This document shows positions 1 to 9,206 of a DNA stretch of 51,261 nt, piece by piece; the first letter of the stretch is position 1; each line of letters opens with the position of its first letter. A program made the translations under genes and the position numbers. The stretch comes from a virus (taxonomy: Duplodnaviria > Caudoviricetes). The DNA lies in IMG/VR virus record IMGVR_UViG_3300005286_000487, positions 1 to 51,261 of that record, one strand, 5' to 3'. The notes below the pieces were generated by a model, which had not been told where the DNA came from, ran no database searches, and was given only the letters and a program-made list of their open reading frames with translations.

Positions 1-1467
1 TTAGGAGTGGAAAACAATGCTGCGAAGCTTATAACCGCGCGGTTTTTCGGGGTCTCGTTCTGCACAAATGGACTTAACCAAAATGCTGACGATCTGCTTC
101 TTCTCGGAGGGGAGGGTTTCCTCCCATGAATCGCGGGTGTGTTGGAGGAGTAATATCAATTGGTCATCGGAAAAGCTGTTTTCTTTGGCTGCCTGTTCTG
201 CTGCCAGTTGCTGCTCTATTTCAACTTGTCTGGCGTTGAAGAGGTTAATTTGTTCACGGAGTTCATCCATTTCGATAAGGTCGGACAGGAACAGCTGTTG
301 AAGTCTTTTTCGTTTCTGTCGGATGCTCTCTAACTCTTTCCGCAAGGATTCTTCGTTGGAAAGGGCGGGCTTTTTCCCTTCTTTGCTTAACCCGATCTTG
401 ATGTTTTCGGCGCGTAGCTTTAACTGCTCAAGAAAGAACTGCTCAAGTTTGTCCTCGCGGATCTGGAATTTATGGCAAGCGCCTGGTTTGGTGAATGAGC
501 AACGATAGTAATGGATCGGCTGACCAAGCGTTTTCTTGTTTTGGCTATGATACTTCGTGCCGTTTAGAACATTGCCGCAGTTAGGGCATATGACCAGACC
601 TGAAAAGATGTAATCGGACACGATCCCGCGCGGCGTCTTCATTGCTTGCCCGTCCATTACCTTCTGTACGTAATCAAAATCCTGCTTGTCAATGATGGGA
701 GGCAAGACATTTTCAACAAGCACCCAATTTTCCTTTGGTTTGATCGTCGTCGTTGTGCCTTTTTGGGTCGTGTAATTGTATCGCAGAGTCCCGATATAAA
801 GGGGATTGCGTAGGATTTTCTGGACGGTGTTTACGGAAAAAATAGCTCCATATTTAGTCCGGGCGCCGATGTTGTACAATTCTTCCGCTACAGTGTTCAG
901 GTTTGCATACTTCATGTACAGCTGAAATATCTTGCGGACGAGGTAGGCTTCATCTTCGTTCACGATCAGCTCTTCACCAATCTTATCATAGCCAAAAGGA
1001 GCTTTTCCGCCTGGGCGCTTTCCTTGGCGAGCCTTTTCTTCCTTCCCGAACTTTGTGCGCTCCCCAAGGTTTTCTCGCTCCCATTGGGCGAGAGCTGCCA
1101 CGAGGGTGATGAAGAGCCTGCCAATGGCGGTTGTGGTGTCATATACTTCGGTGGCAGATTTAAATTTCACCTGGTACTCGTCAAACTCCTGCAGGAGCTT
1201 ATAGAGGTCCAAGACGGAGCGGGTAAGGCGATCTAGCTTGTAAACCAAAACAACGTCTATATGCCCCCCTCTGACGTCCCTGAGCAGGCGTTGAAGCTCT
1301 GGACGATTCATATCCTTTGCGCTGATTCCCTCGTCTACGTAATAATCCGCGATCTCCCATCCCTGGGATGTGACGTAAGCAGTCAATCGTTCACGTTGGG
1401 CAGGGATGGAGTACCCTTCCTTCGCTTGTTCTTCGGTACTTACCCGAATGTAAATACCAACCCGCAT
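1..1467 (-). CDS. Large serine recombinase (prophage integrase)
   Basis: YIRVST catalytic Ser motif, KLDRLTR, recombinase domain, Zn-ribbon CPNCG...YYRC, C-terminal coiled coil; 488 aa. Confidence 0.95.
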   Translation of the reverse strand: MRVGIYIRVSTEEQAKEGYSIPAQRERLTAYVTSQGWEIADYYVDEGISAKDMNRPELQRLLRDVRGGHIDVVLVYKLDRLTRSVLDLYKLLQEFDEYQVKFKSATEVYDTTTAIGRLFITLVAALAQWERENLGERTKFGKEEKARQGKRPGGKAPFGYDKIGEELIVNEDEAYLVRKIFQLYMKYANLNTVAEELYNIGARTKYGAIFSVNTVQKILRNPLYIGTLRYNYTTQKGTTTTIKPKENWVLVENVLPPIIDKQDFDYVQKVMDGQAMKTPRGIVSDYIFSGLVICPNCGNVLNGTKYHSQNKKTLGQPIHYYRCSFTKPGACHKFQIREDKLEQFFLEQLKLRAENIKIGLSKEGKKPALSNEESLRKELESIRQKRKRLQQLFLSDLIEMDELREQINLFNARQVEIEQQLAAEQAAKENSFSDDQLILLLQHTRDSWEETLPSEKKQIVSILVKSICAERDPEKPRGYKLRSIVFHS

Positions 1468-1758
1468 ATGGTCATCTACCCTTTCTATTTCGTTTTATGT
1501 TTATGCGAAGCGGTTGGATGTTTATCCTACCGCTAGGGGTTTGTCTGGAGGAGTTAATAGCTAAGTGTAACTGTGATATCCATGCTTTCTGAGAGGAATG
1601 CTTCTGGGCTCAATCGATCAGAAGGGGTATCAACCGGCACATAGGCCATATCTTTGCCATTCCTAAAGGAATGTTTATTGGGGCGTTGCAACTTTCTTTG
1701 GGGTATCATCCGTATGAATAATAAGATATTGATATCAAAAGTTACGCTATTAATAAAC

Positions 1759-1786
1759 AAAAAAGGAGAGCGACTGCTCTCCTTTT
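1759..1786. terminator. Bidirectional intrinsic terminator closing the leftward immunity/helicase operon
   Basis: AAAAGGAGAGC-GACT-GCTCTCCTTTT hairpin directly after the stop at 1788. Confidence 0.8.
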
Positions 1787-1787
1787 A

Positions 1788-2135
1788 TCATGCAGACTGG
1801 TTTTTCATGAGCATTTCTTCTGTTACGGCATCTACAACATTCTTCATTACAGCAGCAACTTCTCTCGCTCTGTCATAAATAACGGTTTCTCGACCAAACT
1901 CAGTCATGATTGCTGATTGTAGAAATTCCTTTTCATCAAATAAGTAAGTTGTAGTAATTTCTTCCCCTTCATCAATGAAAACCAGTTCGGCCTTTGTGCC
2001 ATTTTCCCATTTAGAAAATTTAACTTGACTGTAATCAGGATCCATTGCATTCTCGATAAGCTCAGAAGGCCAGAGTGGATTTAGATACATCGCTTCCCAT
2101 AGCTTTTTCCTTAGGGCATCAACCATTTGTGACAC
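1788..2135 (-). CDS. Hypothetical acidic protein, 115 aa, coupled to the helicase
   Basis: Overlaps helicase 3' end by 17 bp; AGGAG RBS upstream. Confidence 0.75.
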   Translation of the reverse strand: MSQMVDALRKKLWEAMYLNPLWPSELIENAMDPDYSQVKFSKWENGTKAELVFIDEGEEITTTYLFDEKEFLQSAIMTEFGRETVIYDRAREVAAVMKNVVDAVTEEMLMKNQSA

Positions 2136-4002
2136 TCCTTATCATTTTTTCTAAATGTACGATAATTTGGGGCAAATCTCTTTCGGCATACCCAAAATCC
2201 TCTATCGTCCATTTTTGCCGATCTCCGTATTTTTTTTGCAGCATGACTGTCAGGTAAACGGCAATGATAGCAGCATTATCCCCAACTTCAAGAACCCAGC
2301 GCATATCAGTCCGAAGTGGGAGTTGAGTAAGTTCGAACCCTTCTTTCTTCAAACCAGCGTCCACTAGTATTTGGGTCGGGATATCATGCTTAATTTTATG
2401 ATCGAAAGAAGTCCTCACCATCATACGGAATTTTTTGGGGTTTTTCAATAAAGGATTTGTATCCGTCGGCCGGTCTTGTTGTAGAACCATTTTCCTGAGC
2501 TCAGTTTCCGAATGATTTGGTAAAAGATCTCTTAACTTCTTCACTCTTTCTGCAATTACCTTTTCATACTCTTCTTGTTTACTTGCTGCTTCTGTATATT
2601 CATAGTATTCGGATGAATAATAGAGATCACCTTCTAAGGTTACCGTTCCAATTTCTTGGGCGCTCGGATTGCGGAGAACTTTTTCGAGTTTTCGCTCGCT
2701 CTTTTCTTGTTGCTGTACCATTTTAAGAACATCACAATATTCACTTTCCTTTTTGTATTCATCCCAAAGAGGATCCAAACCAAGATCGCGGTGTGCGATT
2801 ACAACTCCAATGTTATCCTTAGGCGAACGCACTTCCTCTTTTGGAACGCTTCGTAGAATTCGGCCAATAAATTGGGCATAAGGTGCAAGGCTACGATACG
2901 GTCTAAAAATAGCTGCAACTGATAAATACCTATGGTCATATCCTTCTCCGAGCATTGCAACATGCAGCACAGCATCAACTTGGTGACTTTCCACTTTTCT
3001 GAGAGCTTCTTCCTTTTCGGTTTTTGGCATCTTGCTGTGAACAACTACTGTGCGGAGCCCGGCATCTTCATACAAAGATTTAACAGCTTGAGCATGGTTG
3101 ATACTGCAGCATACCCCAATAATTTTGTGAGGGACATCACTTGCGTTTTTGCGCTCATTTAATTCTTCGATACTTGCTTCGACAATCTGTTTATTGCATT
3201 CAGGTGAAAGGGCAACACTCTTTGAAATGAATTCTTCGTCTTTAATACCTAACTTGCGAATTTCCTCTAATGTATATCGAGTAGGGTTATCGCCAATTGT
3301 AAGGTATACTTTTTCAGGAATCAGACGAAAATTCTCAAGAGTTTTAACAATTCCCAGTGCCATAGCTTTCCCTAAGCGATAATTTGTTACTACGAGGCCC
3401 TCAATTGGTTTTCGGTCGGTTCGGAAGGGGGTACCAGTTACCTTTAAAACTTTGGCGCCAGAAAAATATCGTAATGCCTCTTGCCATGTCTCAGCAGGAG
3501 AATGATGAGCTTCATCGATAATGATCATATCAAAAAAATTCTCTCCAACTCTGTTAAGCAATGAATTTCGATGAGCGGTGGTTAATTTGTGAATGTTTAG
3601 AATGACAATATTACTTTTTTCAAGCTCTTCTTGAAGCGTGTCTTTATCATATTCAGTTACGATAGGTAGTTCTGAATAGGTTTCAAACACTTTCCGTGCC
3701 AGCCAAAAGTTCTCAGGAGAAGAGGGGTCCAATGATTCCATCACATGATCTTTAATAACGAGTTGCGGAGTAATTATAAGCACACGGCCATGACTAATTC
3801 CATACGGCGCTAAAGCTATCACTCCGGTTTTACCAGCACCTGTCGGGAGCACTACGACAGCGTGATCTGATGATTTATCCACTAAATAATGCTTGCAAAT
3901 ATCCAAGTACGCTTCGTATTGAGGTTCACGAAGTTCGCCAGTATTTTCAAGGATGTTTGGATTAGCATTAAGGAAATAGCGCTCATCAAATTTTTGGAAC
4001 AT
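2119..4002 (-). CDS. Superfamily 2 DEAH-box helicase (ResIII-like) with uncharacterised C-terminal region
   Basis: LREPQ Q-motif, LPTGAGKT Walker A, IIIDEAHH, TGTP, MLGEGYD, QFIGRILR. Confidence 0.9.
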   Translation of the reverse strand: MFQKFDERYFLNANPNILENTGELREPQYEAYLDICKHYLVDKSSDHAVVVLPTGAGKTGVIALAPYGISHGRVLIITPQLVIKDHVMESLDPSSPENFWLARKVFETYSELPIVTEYDKDTLQEELEKSNIVILNIHKLTTAHRNSLLNRVGENFFDMIIIDEAHHSPAETWQEALRYFSGAKVLKVTGTPFRTDRKPIEGLVVTNYRLGKAMALGIVKTLENFRLIPEKVYLTIGDNPTRYTLEEIRKLGIKDEEFISKSVALSPECNKQIVEASIEELNERKNASDVPHKIIGVCCSINHAQAVKSLYEDAGLRTVVVHSKMPKTEKEEALRKVESHQVDAVLHVAMLGEGYDHRYLSVAAIFRPYRSLAPYAQFIGRILRSVPKEEVRSPKDNIGVVIAHRDLGLDPLWDEYKKESEYCDVLKMVQQQEKSERKLEKVLRNPSAQEIGTVTLEGDLYYSSEYYEYTEAASKQEEYEKVIAERVKKLRDLLPNHSETELRKMVLQQDRPTDTNPLLKNPKKFRMMVRTSFDHKIKHDIPTQILVDAGLKKEGFELTQLPLRTDMRWVLEVGDNAAIIAVYLTVMLQKKYGDRQKWTIEDFGYAERDLPQIIVHLEKMIRSVTNG

Positions 4003-4020
4003 GGTAAATCTCTCCTTTGC

Positions 4021-4575
4021 TTATTGTTCCAGCCACTTTATATATCCAAACCCGCCCTTTGACCGCGCAACTGCATCTGCTTTCTCCGGGAAGATTAAGG
4101 ACAAGCGATAATACACAAATTCTTCAGAAACAAGGAACTCATCAGCCAGCATGGAAATGTCCACTGGTTGGTCGTAGGAGATGACCACTTGCTGTAGCAT
4201 CTTCAACGGCATGTAGAGGTAGGCAGAAAAATTCTTGGCTTGGCGTTCCTGGTGAGCATGAACCGCCCTTGTCGTTTGCATCTGGCTGATAGTATGTAGG
4301 TACAGGTGAGCAAATTCCTCTCCTAGCAATTCCTTATACTTGATATAATTGGTACCTTTCGAGATATAAATAAACCCTTTCCGAAACCCCGTACAAACAG
4401 AGTACGTAAGGTTTGGCTCCGGAGAGGGCTTTATTTTCATCTTGTAGTAGGCGCAAATCTCTTCGATGTCGATTTGATCCGGATACTTGTAATGAAATTT
4501 ATTGAGGACGTTGTTCGCACGTTCCTCCATCATGTTGTAGCTGTACTGGGAGGGGAGAACATTAGCGAGCTTCAC
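4021..4575 (-). CDS. ImmA/IrrE-family metallopeptidase
   Basis: EEFAH and ERQAKNFSAYLYMP motifs; adjacent to repressor. Confidence 0.85.
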   Translation of the reverse strand: MKLANVLPSQYSYNMMEERANNVLNKFHYKYPDQIDIEEICAYYKMKIKPSPEPNLTYSVCTGFRKGFIYISKGTNYIKYKELLGEEFAHLYLHTISQMQTTRAVHAHQERQAKNFSAYLYMPLKMLQQVVISYDQPVDISMLADEFLVSEEFVYYRLSLIFPEKADAVARSKGGFGYIKWLEQ

Positions 4576-4577
4576 GA

Positions 4578-4997
4578 TTAATCTTCTGGCTCCTCATCGT
4601 CGTCGTTTTCGATGTCATTGAGAATTGCATCCCACATTTTGATTAGTTTTCTGACCTTTCCCTGCGGATCAGAGGCAAGGTCATTAAAGAAGACATTGGC
4701 TTTTGGATGTTTTCTAATTTCCTCCAGTACCAATTGTTCCTCCCTAGTTAGTCCTTCAGCCAGCTTGTCCTTTTTTCCAGAAGGGGAGGGAGTAGTTCTT
4801 CCAGTCAATATGAAATCAGATGTGGAATCACACAACTCAGCTATTTTAGCTACGTCATCAACGCTGGGAGGAGTGTAGTCCCTCTCCCAGTTAGAGACTT
4901 TTTGTGCGGAAACATTTACGCGAATAGCGAATTGTTCCTGTGTCCAACCTTTTGTTTTCCGAAGTTTTCTAATTCTTTGGCCCACAGTTTCCAACAC
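4578..4997 (-). CDS. CI/ImmR-like XRE repressor
   Basis: HTH_3 (RIRKLRKTKGWTQEQFA...VSNWERD); divergent from Cro-like gene. Confidence 0.9.
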   Translation of the reverse strand: MLETVGQRIRKLRKTKGWTQEQFAIRVNVSAQKVSNWERDYTPPSVDDVAKIAELCDSTSDFILTGRTTPSPSGKKDKLAEGLTREEQLVLEEIRKHPKANVFFNDLASDPQGKVRKLIKMWDAILNDIENDDDEEPED

Positions 4998-5030
4998 AAA
5001 TCACCTCCTGATAAAGATGATAATAGCAAC

Positions 5031-5140
5031 AACTAACGTCATCCGGTAGTTAAGTAACGATATTTGAGATTTTAATTTAATAAACGCTTGACACTAACGA
5101 AAATGGTTAGTAATATACAACTAACGGATATCGTTAGTTG
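5031..5140. promoter_or_regulatory. Genetic switch: three 21-bp operators (AACTAACG-N5-CGTTAGTT) and rightward sigma-A promoter
   Basis: Operators at 5031-5051, 5092-5112 and 5119-5139 (perfect arms); TTGACA 5088-5093, 17 bp, TAATAT 5111-5116. Confidence 0.85.
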
Positions 5141-5151
5141 GAGGTGATAAA

Positions 5152-5391
5152 ATGGTTCATGTAAATGTTCGCCGAATCCGTAAAGCGAAAGGTGTAACAA
5201 AAACTCACATGGCGAACATGCTAGGTATCTCTCTTCAAGGATACAGTCATATCGAGCAAGGGAATGTTAGACTGGATGTTGAAAGGCTAAGAATTATCGC
5301 GGCTATACTCTCGGTTGAAGTAGCGATTTTTTTTGATGATGAACTAACGAAATCCGTTGTAGAAAAATTAATGCAAGCAAAACCGGCCTGA
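5152..5391 (+). CDS. Cro-like XRE regulator
   Basis: HTH_3 pattern, GGAGGTG RBS, divergent from CI. Confidence 0.88.
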   Translation: MVHVNVRRIRKAKGVTKTHMANMLGISLQGYSHIEQGNVRLDVERLRIIAAILSVEVAIFFDDELTKSVVEKLMQAKPA

Positions 5392-5416
5392 AAGGGTGAT
5401 GAAAGGAGCGGTACTG

Positions 5417-5593
5417 GTGGACATCCAACAGGTGATAAGTCAGATGCCCATAGCAGAAATCCAAAGAACTTTTGGGATTTCCCAGTCAGCAGCCATACGA
5501 CTTAAAAAAGGTCTTAACGTTCAAGTTGACTTTAGAAAAACCACAGCGTTTTTTGAAAAAAAGTTATCACTCAGAAAAGTTAATCAGTCTTAA
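5417..5593 (+). CDS. Small early protein, possible HTH
   Basis: GAAAGGAG RBS before GTG at 5417; IAEIQRTFGISQSAAIRLKKG. Confidence 0.55.
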   Translation: MDIQQVISQMPIAEIQRTFGISQSAAIRLKKGLNVQVDFRKTTAFFEKKLSLRKVNQS

Positions 5594-5737
5594 ATAATTG
5601 AAAAACAGCACTGTGGATCATCAGTGCCTTGGGAGTCACATCCAAAGATTTTCAGATGCTGGAATGGCCCTAGTAATGTTCAGTCATTTTGAACAAGCAC
5701 GCACACATAAAGATTCACCAAAGGGAGGGGATCGAAA

Positions 5738-5902
5738 ATGCGTAAAGTGATTGTCACGTTGCCTCCAAACTATCCTGTCAACGATCCAAACTATCCGAGC
5801 AAAGAGCGCTTGGAAATGGCTTATACGGTATTGCTTGCAGCTGCCGAAAGAAAGCTTGTATCTCAACAAGCGGCAGCAACCAAATCACAAAATACCGCTT
5901 GA
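5738..5902 (+). CDS. Small hypothetical protein, 54 aa (absent from ORF track)
   Basis: GGGAGGGG RBS; MRKVIVTLPPNYPVNDPNYPSKERLEMAY... Confidence 0.6.
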   Translation: MRKVIVTLPPNYPVNDPNYPSKERLEMAYTVLLAAAERKLVSQQAAATKSQNTA

Positions 5903-5960
5903 TGGTTTGAGAGCGCCGGATTACCGGTGCTTCCATGGACAAGCCAGAAAGGAGGTTCGC

Positions 5961-6098
5961 ATGAACTTCTCAGAAATCAACGGTCTGCACGAAACCAACA
6001 ACGCCAAGGAAGCGAACGATCTGCTTCAAGAAGGCTGGATGCTGTACGACATCGAGAAGAAAAACGGTCGCTATACCTTCTTGCTTGTGAAGGTGTAA
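5961..6098 (+). CDS. Small hypothetical protein, 45 aa
   Basis: AAGGAGG RBS before ATG 5961; MNFSEINGLHETNNAKEANDLLQEGW. Confidence 0.65.
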   Translation: MNFSEINGLHETNNAKEANDLLQEGWMLYDIEKKNGRYTFLLVKV

Positions 6099-6204
6099 TC
6101 GAAGCATCAACCATACACACAACTGCATAGAGCGCCAAGGTCAGGTGGGGTCACTGCCAAGACTCGGCGTTGCATGCAGTTGTGTGACGAAAGCGAGGTG
6201 ATAC

Positions 6205-6423
6205 ATGATGTCGATCAATCGTCATCCGGGCTATGTAAAAGCTGCTGATGAACTGACGCAAGCCTTGGTCAACTACTGCTATGAAGTGACTAAGATTGCG
6301 CCCGAGCTAAAGGAGCAGACAGATCAGCTTATGCGAAGCGTGTTGATGCAGGATAACGCGATTTTTAATCTTCTGCTTTGTAAAAGAAAAGACCCCGCCA
6401 ACGAGGGGGAGTCTGGAAGATGA
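6205..6423 (+). CDS. Hypothetical protein
   Basis: GAGGTGA RBS; 72 aa. Confidence 0.65.
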   Translation: MMSINRHPGYVKAADELTQALVNYCYEVTKIAPELKEQTDQLMRSVLMQDNAIFNLLLCKRKDPANEGESGR

Positions 6424-6472
6424 GCATGGTTACATTTTACAGTCCTTTTCGGACTAGAAGGAGAACGAACAA

Positions 6473-7075
6473 ATGGCGAACACAGCATATGCACGCCAGC
6501 AGATAGGACTGTACCTGAGATACTTTCGTCTGAACAGTTACGACCATAGCTGCAAAACGCAAGTTGGACTCGGAGCAGTAATCGGCTTGGATCAAAAGAA
6601 AATCTCGAACGTGGAATGCGGCTATGATGAACCGAGCCTGCAAGTAGCAGCTGAATGGTGCAAGGCTACCGGGTGGTATGAGGGATGGGACCTGATCAGT
6701 CACGTTTATGGACTGGACCCATTTGGATTCGTCCCGGTGAATCCAATCCTGAATCAAGATGTCGCTAAGGCGTTACATAACCTGAAACGGCAGATGAAGC
6801 AAGCGCGAGAGGCAATTGACTTGCTCATCGACGAGGAACCGGAGATTGACTTGGCGGTACGCCGCGGAACGTATCAGATGGACGCTACTACGAAGAACTT
6901 GAAAAAGCAAGTCGCCGATTTGATCCCGGCAGTAAAAACATATTTTTACGCTTTGGAACGTGAAGATCGGGCGGCCATGCGAGAGATCGGGGCCATGTGG
7001 AACAACGAAGCACTATCAGAACAAGTAGCCATGCCGAAGATTAGTCAGCTGGACATGCTGGCGACTACTCGTTAA
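6473..7075 (+). CDS. XRE-family HTH regulator
   Basis: TQVGLGAVIGLDQKKISNVECG HTH; AAGGAG RBS. Confidence 0.75.
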   Translation: MANTAYARQQIGLYLRYFRLNSYDHSCKTQVGLGAVIGLDQKKISNVECGYDEPSLQVAAEWCKATGWYEGWDLISHVYGLDPFGFVPVNPILNQDVAKALHNLKRQMKQAREAIDLLIDEEPEIDLAVRRGTYQMDATTKNLKKQVADLIPAVKTYFYALEREDRAAMREIGAMWNNEALSEQVAMPKISQLDMLATTR

Positions 7076-7087
7076 GGAGGGTTCGAA

Positions 7088-7279
7088 ATGTCTTCAAATC
7101 GCGACTGGAATCAACGCGTACTCGCGGTCTTGGAAAACACATACGCTTACGACGCAAGCATGACGGAACTGCTGCTGCCGGAGATCGCAAAGCGTTACAC
7201 GACAGCGGACGAGCAAAACGAAAATTACCGGGTAAGGCTGGCACATTTCAAAGCAGATAACAGGGAGGAAACGCCGTGA
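7088..7279 (+). CDS. Hypothetical protein
   Basis: AAGGAGG RBS; 63 aa. Confidence 0.6.
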   Translation: MSSNRDWNQRVLAVLENTYAYDASMTELLLPEIAKRYTTADEQNENYRVRLAHFKADNREETP

Positions 7280-7446
7280 ACGAACAGACGTTGCGAAAAC
7301 GCCTAACCTTTTATCAAAAGATGATGATGGTTGCCAAAACAGCTGGTGATATGGCTGCGCACGAGGTGTACAAGCAGATCACTCGTCAGCTCTCTGAAGA
7401 ACTGCAACAAAAAGAAAAGACCGCCCGCGGCGAACGGACGGCCTAA
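7276..7446 (+). CDS. Hypothetical protein, 56 aa (absent from ORF track)
   Basis: GGGAGG RBS, GTGA overlap with upstream stop; MNEQTLRKRLTFYQKMMMVAK... Confidence 0.6.
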   Translation: MNEQTLRKRLTFYQKMMMVAKTAGDMAAHEVYKQITRQLSEELQQKEKTARGERTA

Positions 7447-7501
7447 CCCATAATGATTCAGCACTTGTAGCATATCACGCTACTTGAAGGAGGACAAGCC
7501 T

Positions 7502-7747
7502 GTGACAATCAAAAAAACTGTGGCTTCACAGATTACTGAACTTCAACGTGAACTTGAAAACGATGAGCAGGCATATCGGCACGCAGATGACGAGTGGCGC
7601 GCGGTTGATGTTGAATACGTGAGACTGAAACGCCTGCGCGAAGAGCTGGACGTCCATAAACGTGACTTGATTTGCGAGATCGAGTGGAGAAACAAAGAAA
7701 TCGCCGCGCTGCAGGAGGAACTGAAACATGAACGCATTAGTGCCTGA
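7502..7747 (+). CDS. Coiled-coil hypothetical protein
   Basis: AAGGAGG RBS before GTG 7502; heptad pattern. Confidence 0.6.
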   Translation: MTIKKTVASQITELQRELENDEQAYRHADDEWRAVDVEYVRLKRLREELDVHKRDLICEIEWRNKEIAALQEELKHERISA

Positions 7748-7952
7748 TTTTCCAGCATATGTGGAGCAAACGGAGCCGATTCGGCAAAAGCAACTGCTGC
7801 CCCTTGCTTTCGATGCGGGCGATGACGGACTGGAATGGGTGGTGCGCGATGTGATCGAGGAACTGGAGTTTCTGATCGACCTACGCGCAATCATGGCGCC
7901 AGAAGACTTCCGTGAGGAAGTAAGGACTCAAGCAAGGCGACTTTTGAAGTAA
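7728..7952 (+). CDS. Hypothetical protein
   Basis: GGAGG RBS; overlaps upstream gene. Confidence 0.6.
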   Translation: MNALVPDFPAYVEQTEPIRQKQLLPLAFDAGDDGLEWVVRDVIEELEFLIDLRAIMAPEDFREEVRTQARRLLK

Positions 7953-8254
7953 TACGGCTTCGTCTCTGCGCAGACGGCATAAGAACCACCTTGTGCCGTC
8001 GACGGGTGGACGAATCCATCCATCCATACATAAGCGAGGTAACAAGTGTGGCGCAGTCTTTGGAGCTGCAACCGCCGCGTAGAGGTTGGGGCGCGGCAAG
8101 CCTCGTGTCCAATCAGAAGGGAGTGTTAAAAATTCAGTACAGAAAATGAAAAAGACCCAGCGCGGCAACGCTGAGTCTCGGTCGATAAAGCTTGATTGGG
8201 AATCGTACTTCCATCGTAGCTGATCGGCCTTCACAAATCAATAGGAGGTATAAC

Positions 8255-9193
8255 ATGGCACTTGCTATCGCAACAACGAAAGACATGGACCGTGAAGTCT
8301 GGCTCCAGTTTCGTCGGAAAGGCATCGGTGGAAGTGACGCAGCCGCGATCGCTGGACTGAGCAAGTGGAAGTCGCCCGTGGCGGTCTACCTAGAAAAAAC
8401 GGGACAAGCACCGCTGGAAGAGACACAAAGCGAGGCATCACACTTCGGGACGATTCTGGAGGATGTAGTTGCGCAAGAGTTTAGTCGTCGGACGGGTTTG
8501 AAGATAAGGCGCTGCAATCAAATGCTCCAGCATTCCGAGTATCCTTTCATCCTCGCTAACGTTGACCGTCTGATCGTTGGCGAAAAGACAGGCTTGGAGT
8601 GCAAAACAGCCAGCGAGTATCTGAAAGGCGAATGGGATGGCGAAGACGTTCCAACCCAGTATCTTATTCAGTGCCAGCACTATATGGCGGTAACCGGATA
8701 CAGCGCATGGTGGATCGCCGTGTTGATCGGCGGAAACAAGTTCGTATACAAGAAGATCGAGCGTGACGAGGACATCATCCAGTACCTGATCCAACTTGAA
8801 TCGGACTTTTGGAACAACTATGTGGTGCCGCAAGTGCCTCCGATGATGGATGGTTCGGAAGCGTCCACGAACTTGCTGAAAACCATCTATCCCATCGGCG
8901 AGCCTGCCAGCGAAACAGAGCTGCCCTTGGAAGCGGATATGCTCATTGAGCAACTGGAACAAGCCAAAGAGCAGTCCAAGCAGGCTGCAGAACGTGTCGC
9001 GGAGCTGGAGAACCGCCTGAAAGTCATGTTGGGCAAGTACGAAACAGGTATCGCCAGCAAGCACGTGGTTACCTGGAAGAACGCAACCAGAAGCATTATC
9101 GACAGCAAAGCGCTGGCGAAGGATCACCCCGACCTCTACCAACAGTACCTGAAACCATCCGTCTCGCGCCGATTTAGCGTGAAGACGGTGTAA
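8255..9193 (+). CDS. YqaJ-like viral recombinase exonuclease
   Basis: WLQFRRKGIGGSD, ANVDRL, LECKT, QCQHYM motifs; AGGAGG RBS before ATG 8255. Confidence 0.93.
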   Translation: MALAIATTKDMDREVWLQFRRKGIGGSDAAAIAGLSKWKSPVAVYLEKTGQAPLEETQSEASHFGTILEDVVAQEFSRRTGLKIRRCNQMLQHSEYPFILANVDRLIVGEKTGLECKTASEYLKGEWDGEDVPTQYLIQCQHYMAVTGYSAWWIAVLIGGNKFVYKKIERDEDIIQYLIQLESDFWNNYVVPQVPPMMDGSEASTNLLKTIYPIGEPASETELPLEADMLIEQLEQAKEQSKQAAERVAELENRLKVMLGKYETGIASKHVVTWKNATRSIIDSKALAKDHPDLYQQYLKPSVSRRFSVKTV

Positions 9194-9206
9194 GGAGGGC
9201 GTAAGA

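Noticed and set aside
1554-1760. 68-aa minus-strand ORF upstream of the integrase
   Set aside because: No convincing RBS or motif; may be a gene remnant
2119-4002. Helicase plus MTase as a restriction-modification system
   Set aside because: 10 kb apart on opposite strands; the MTase is C5-type and no endonuclease motif is recognisable in the helicase
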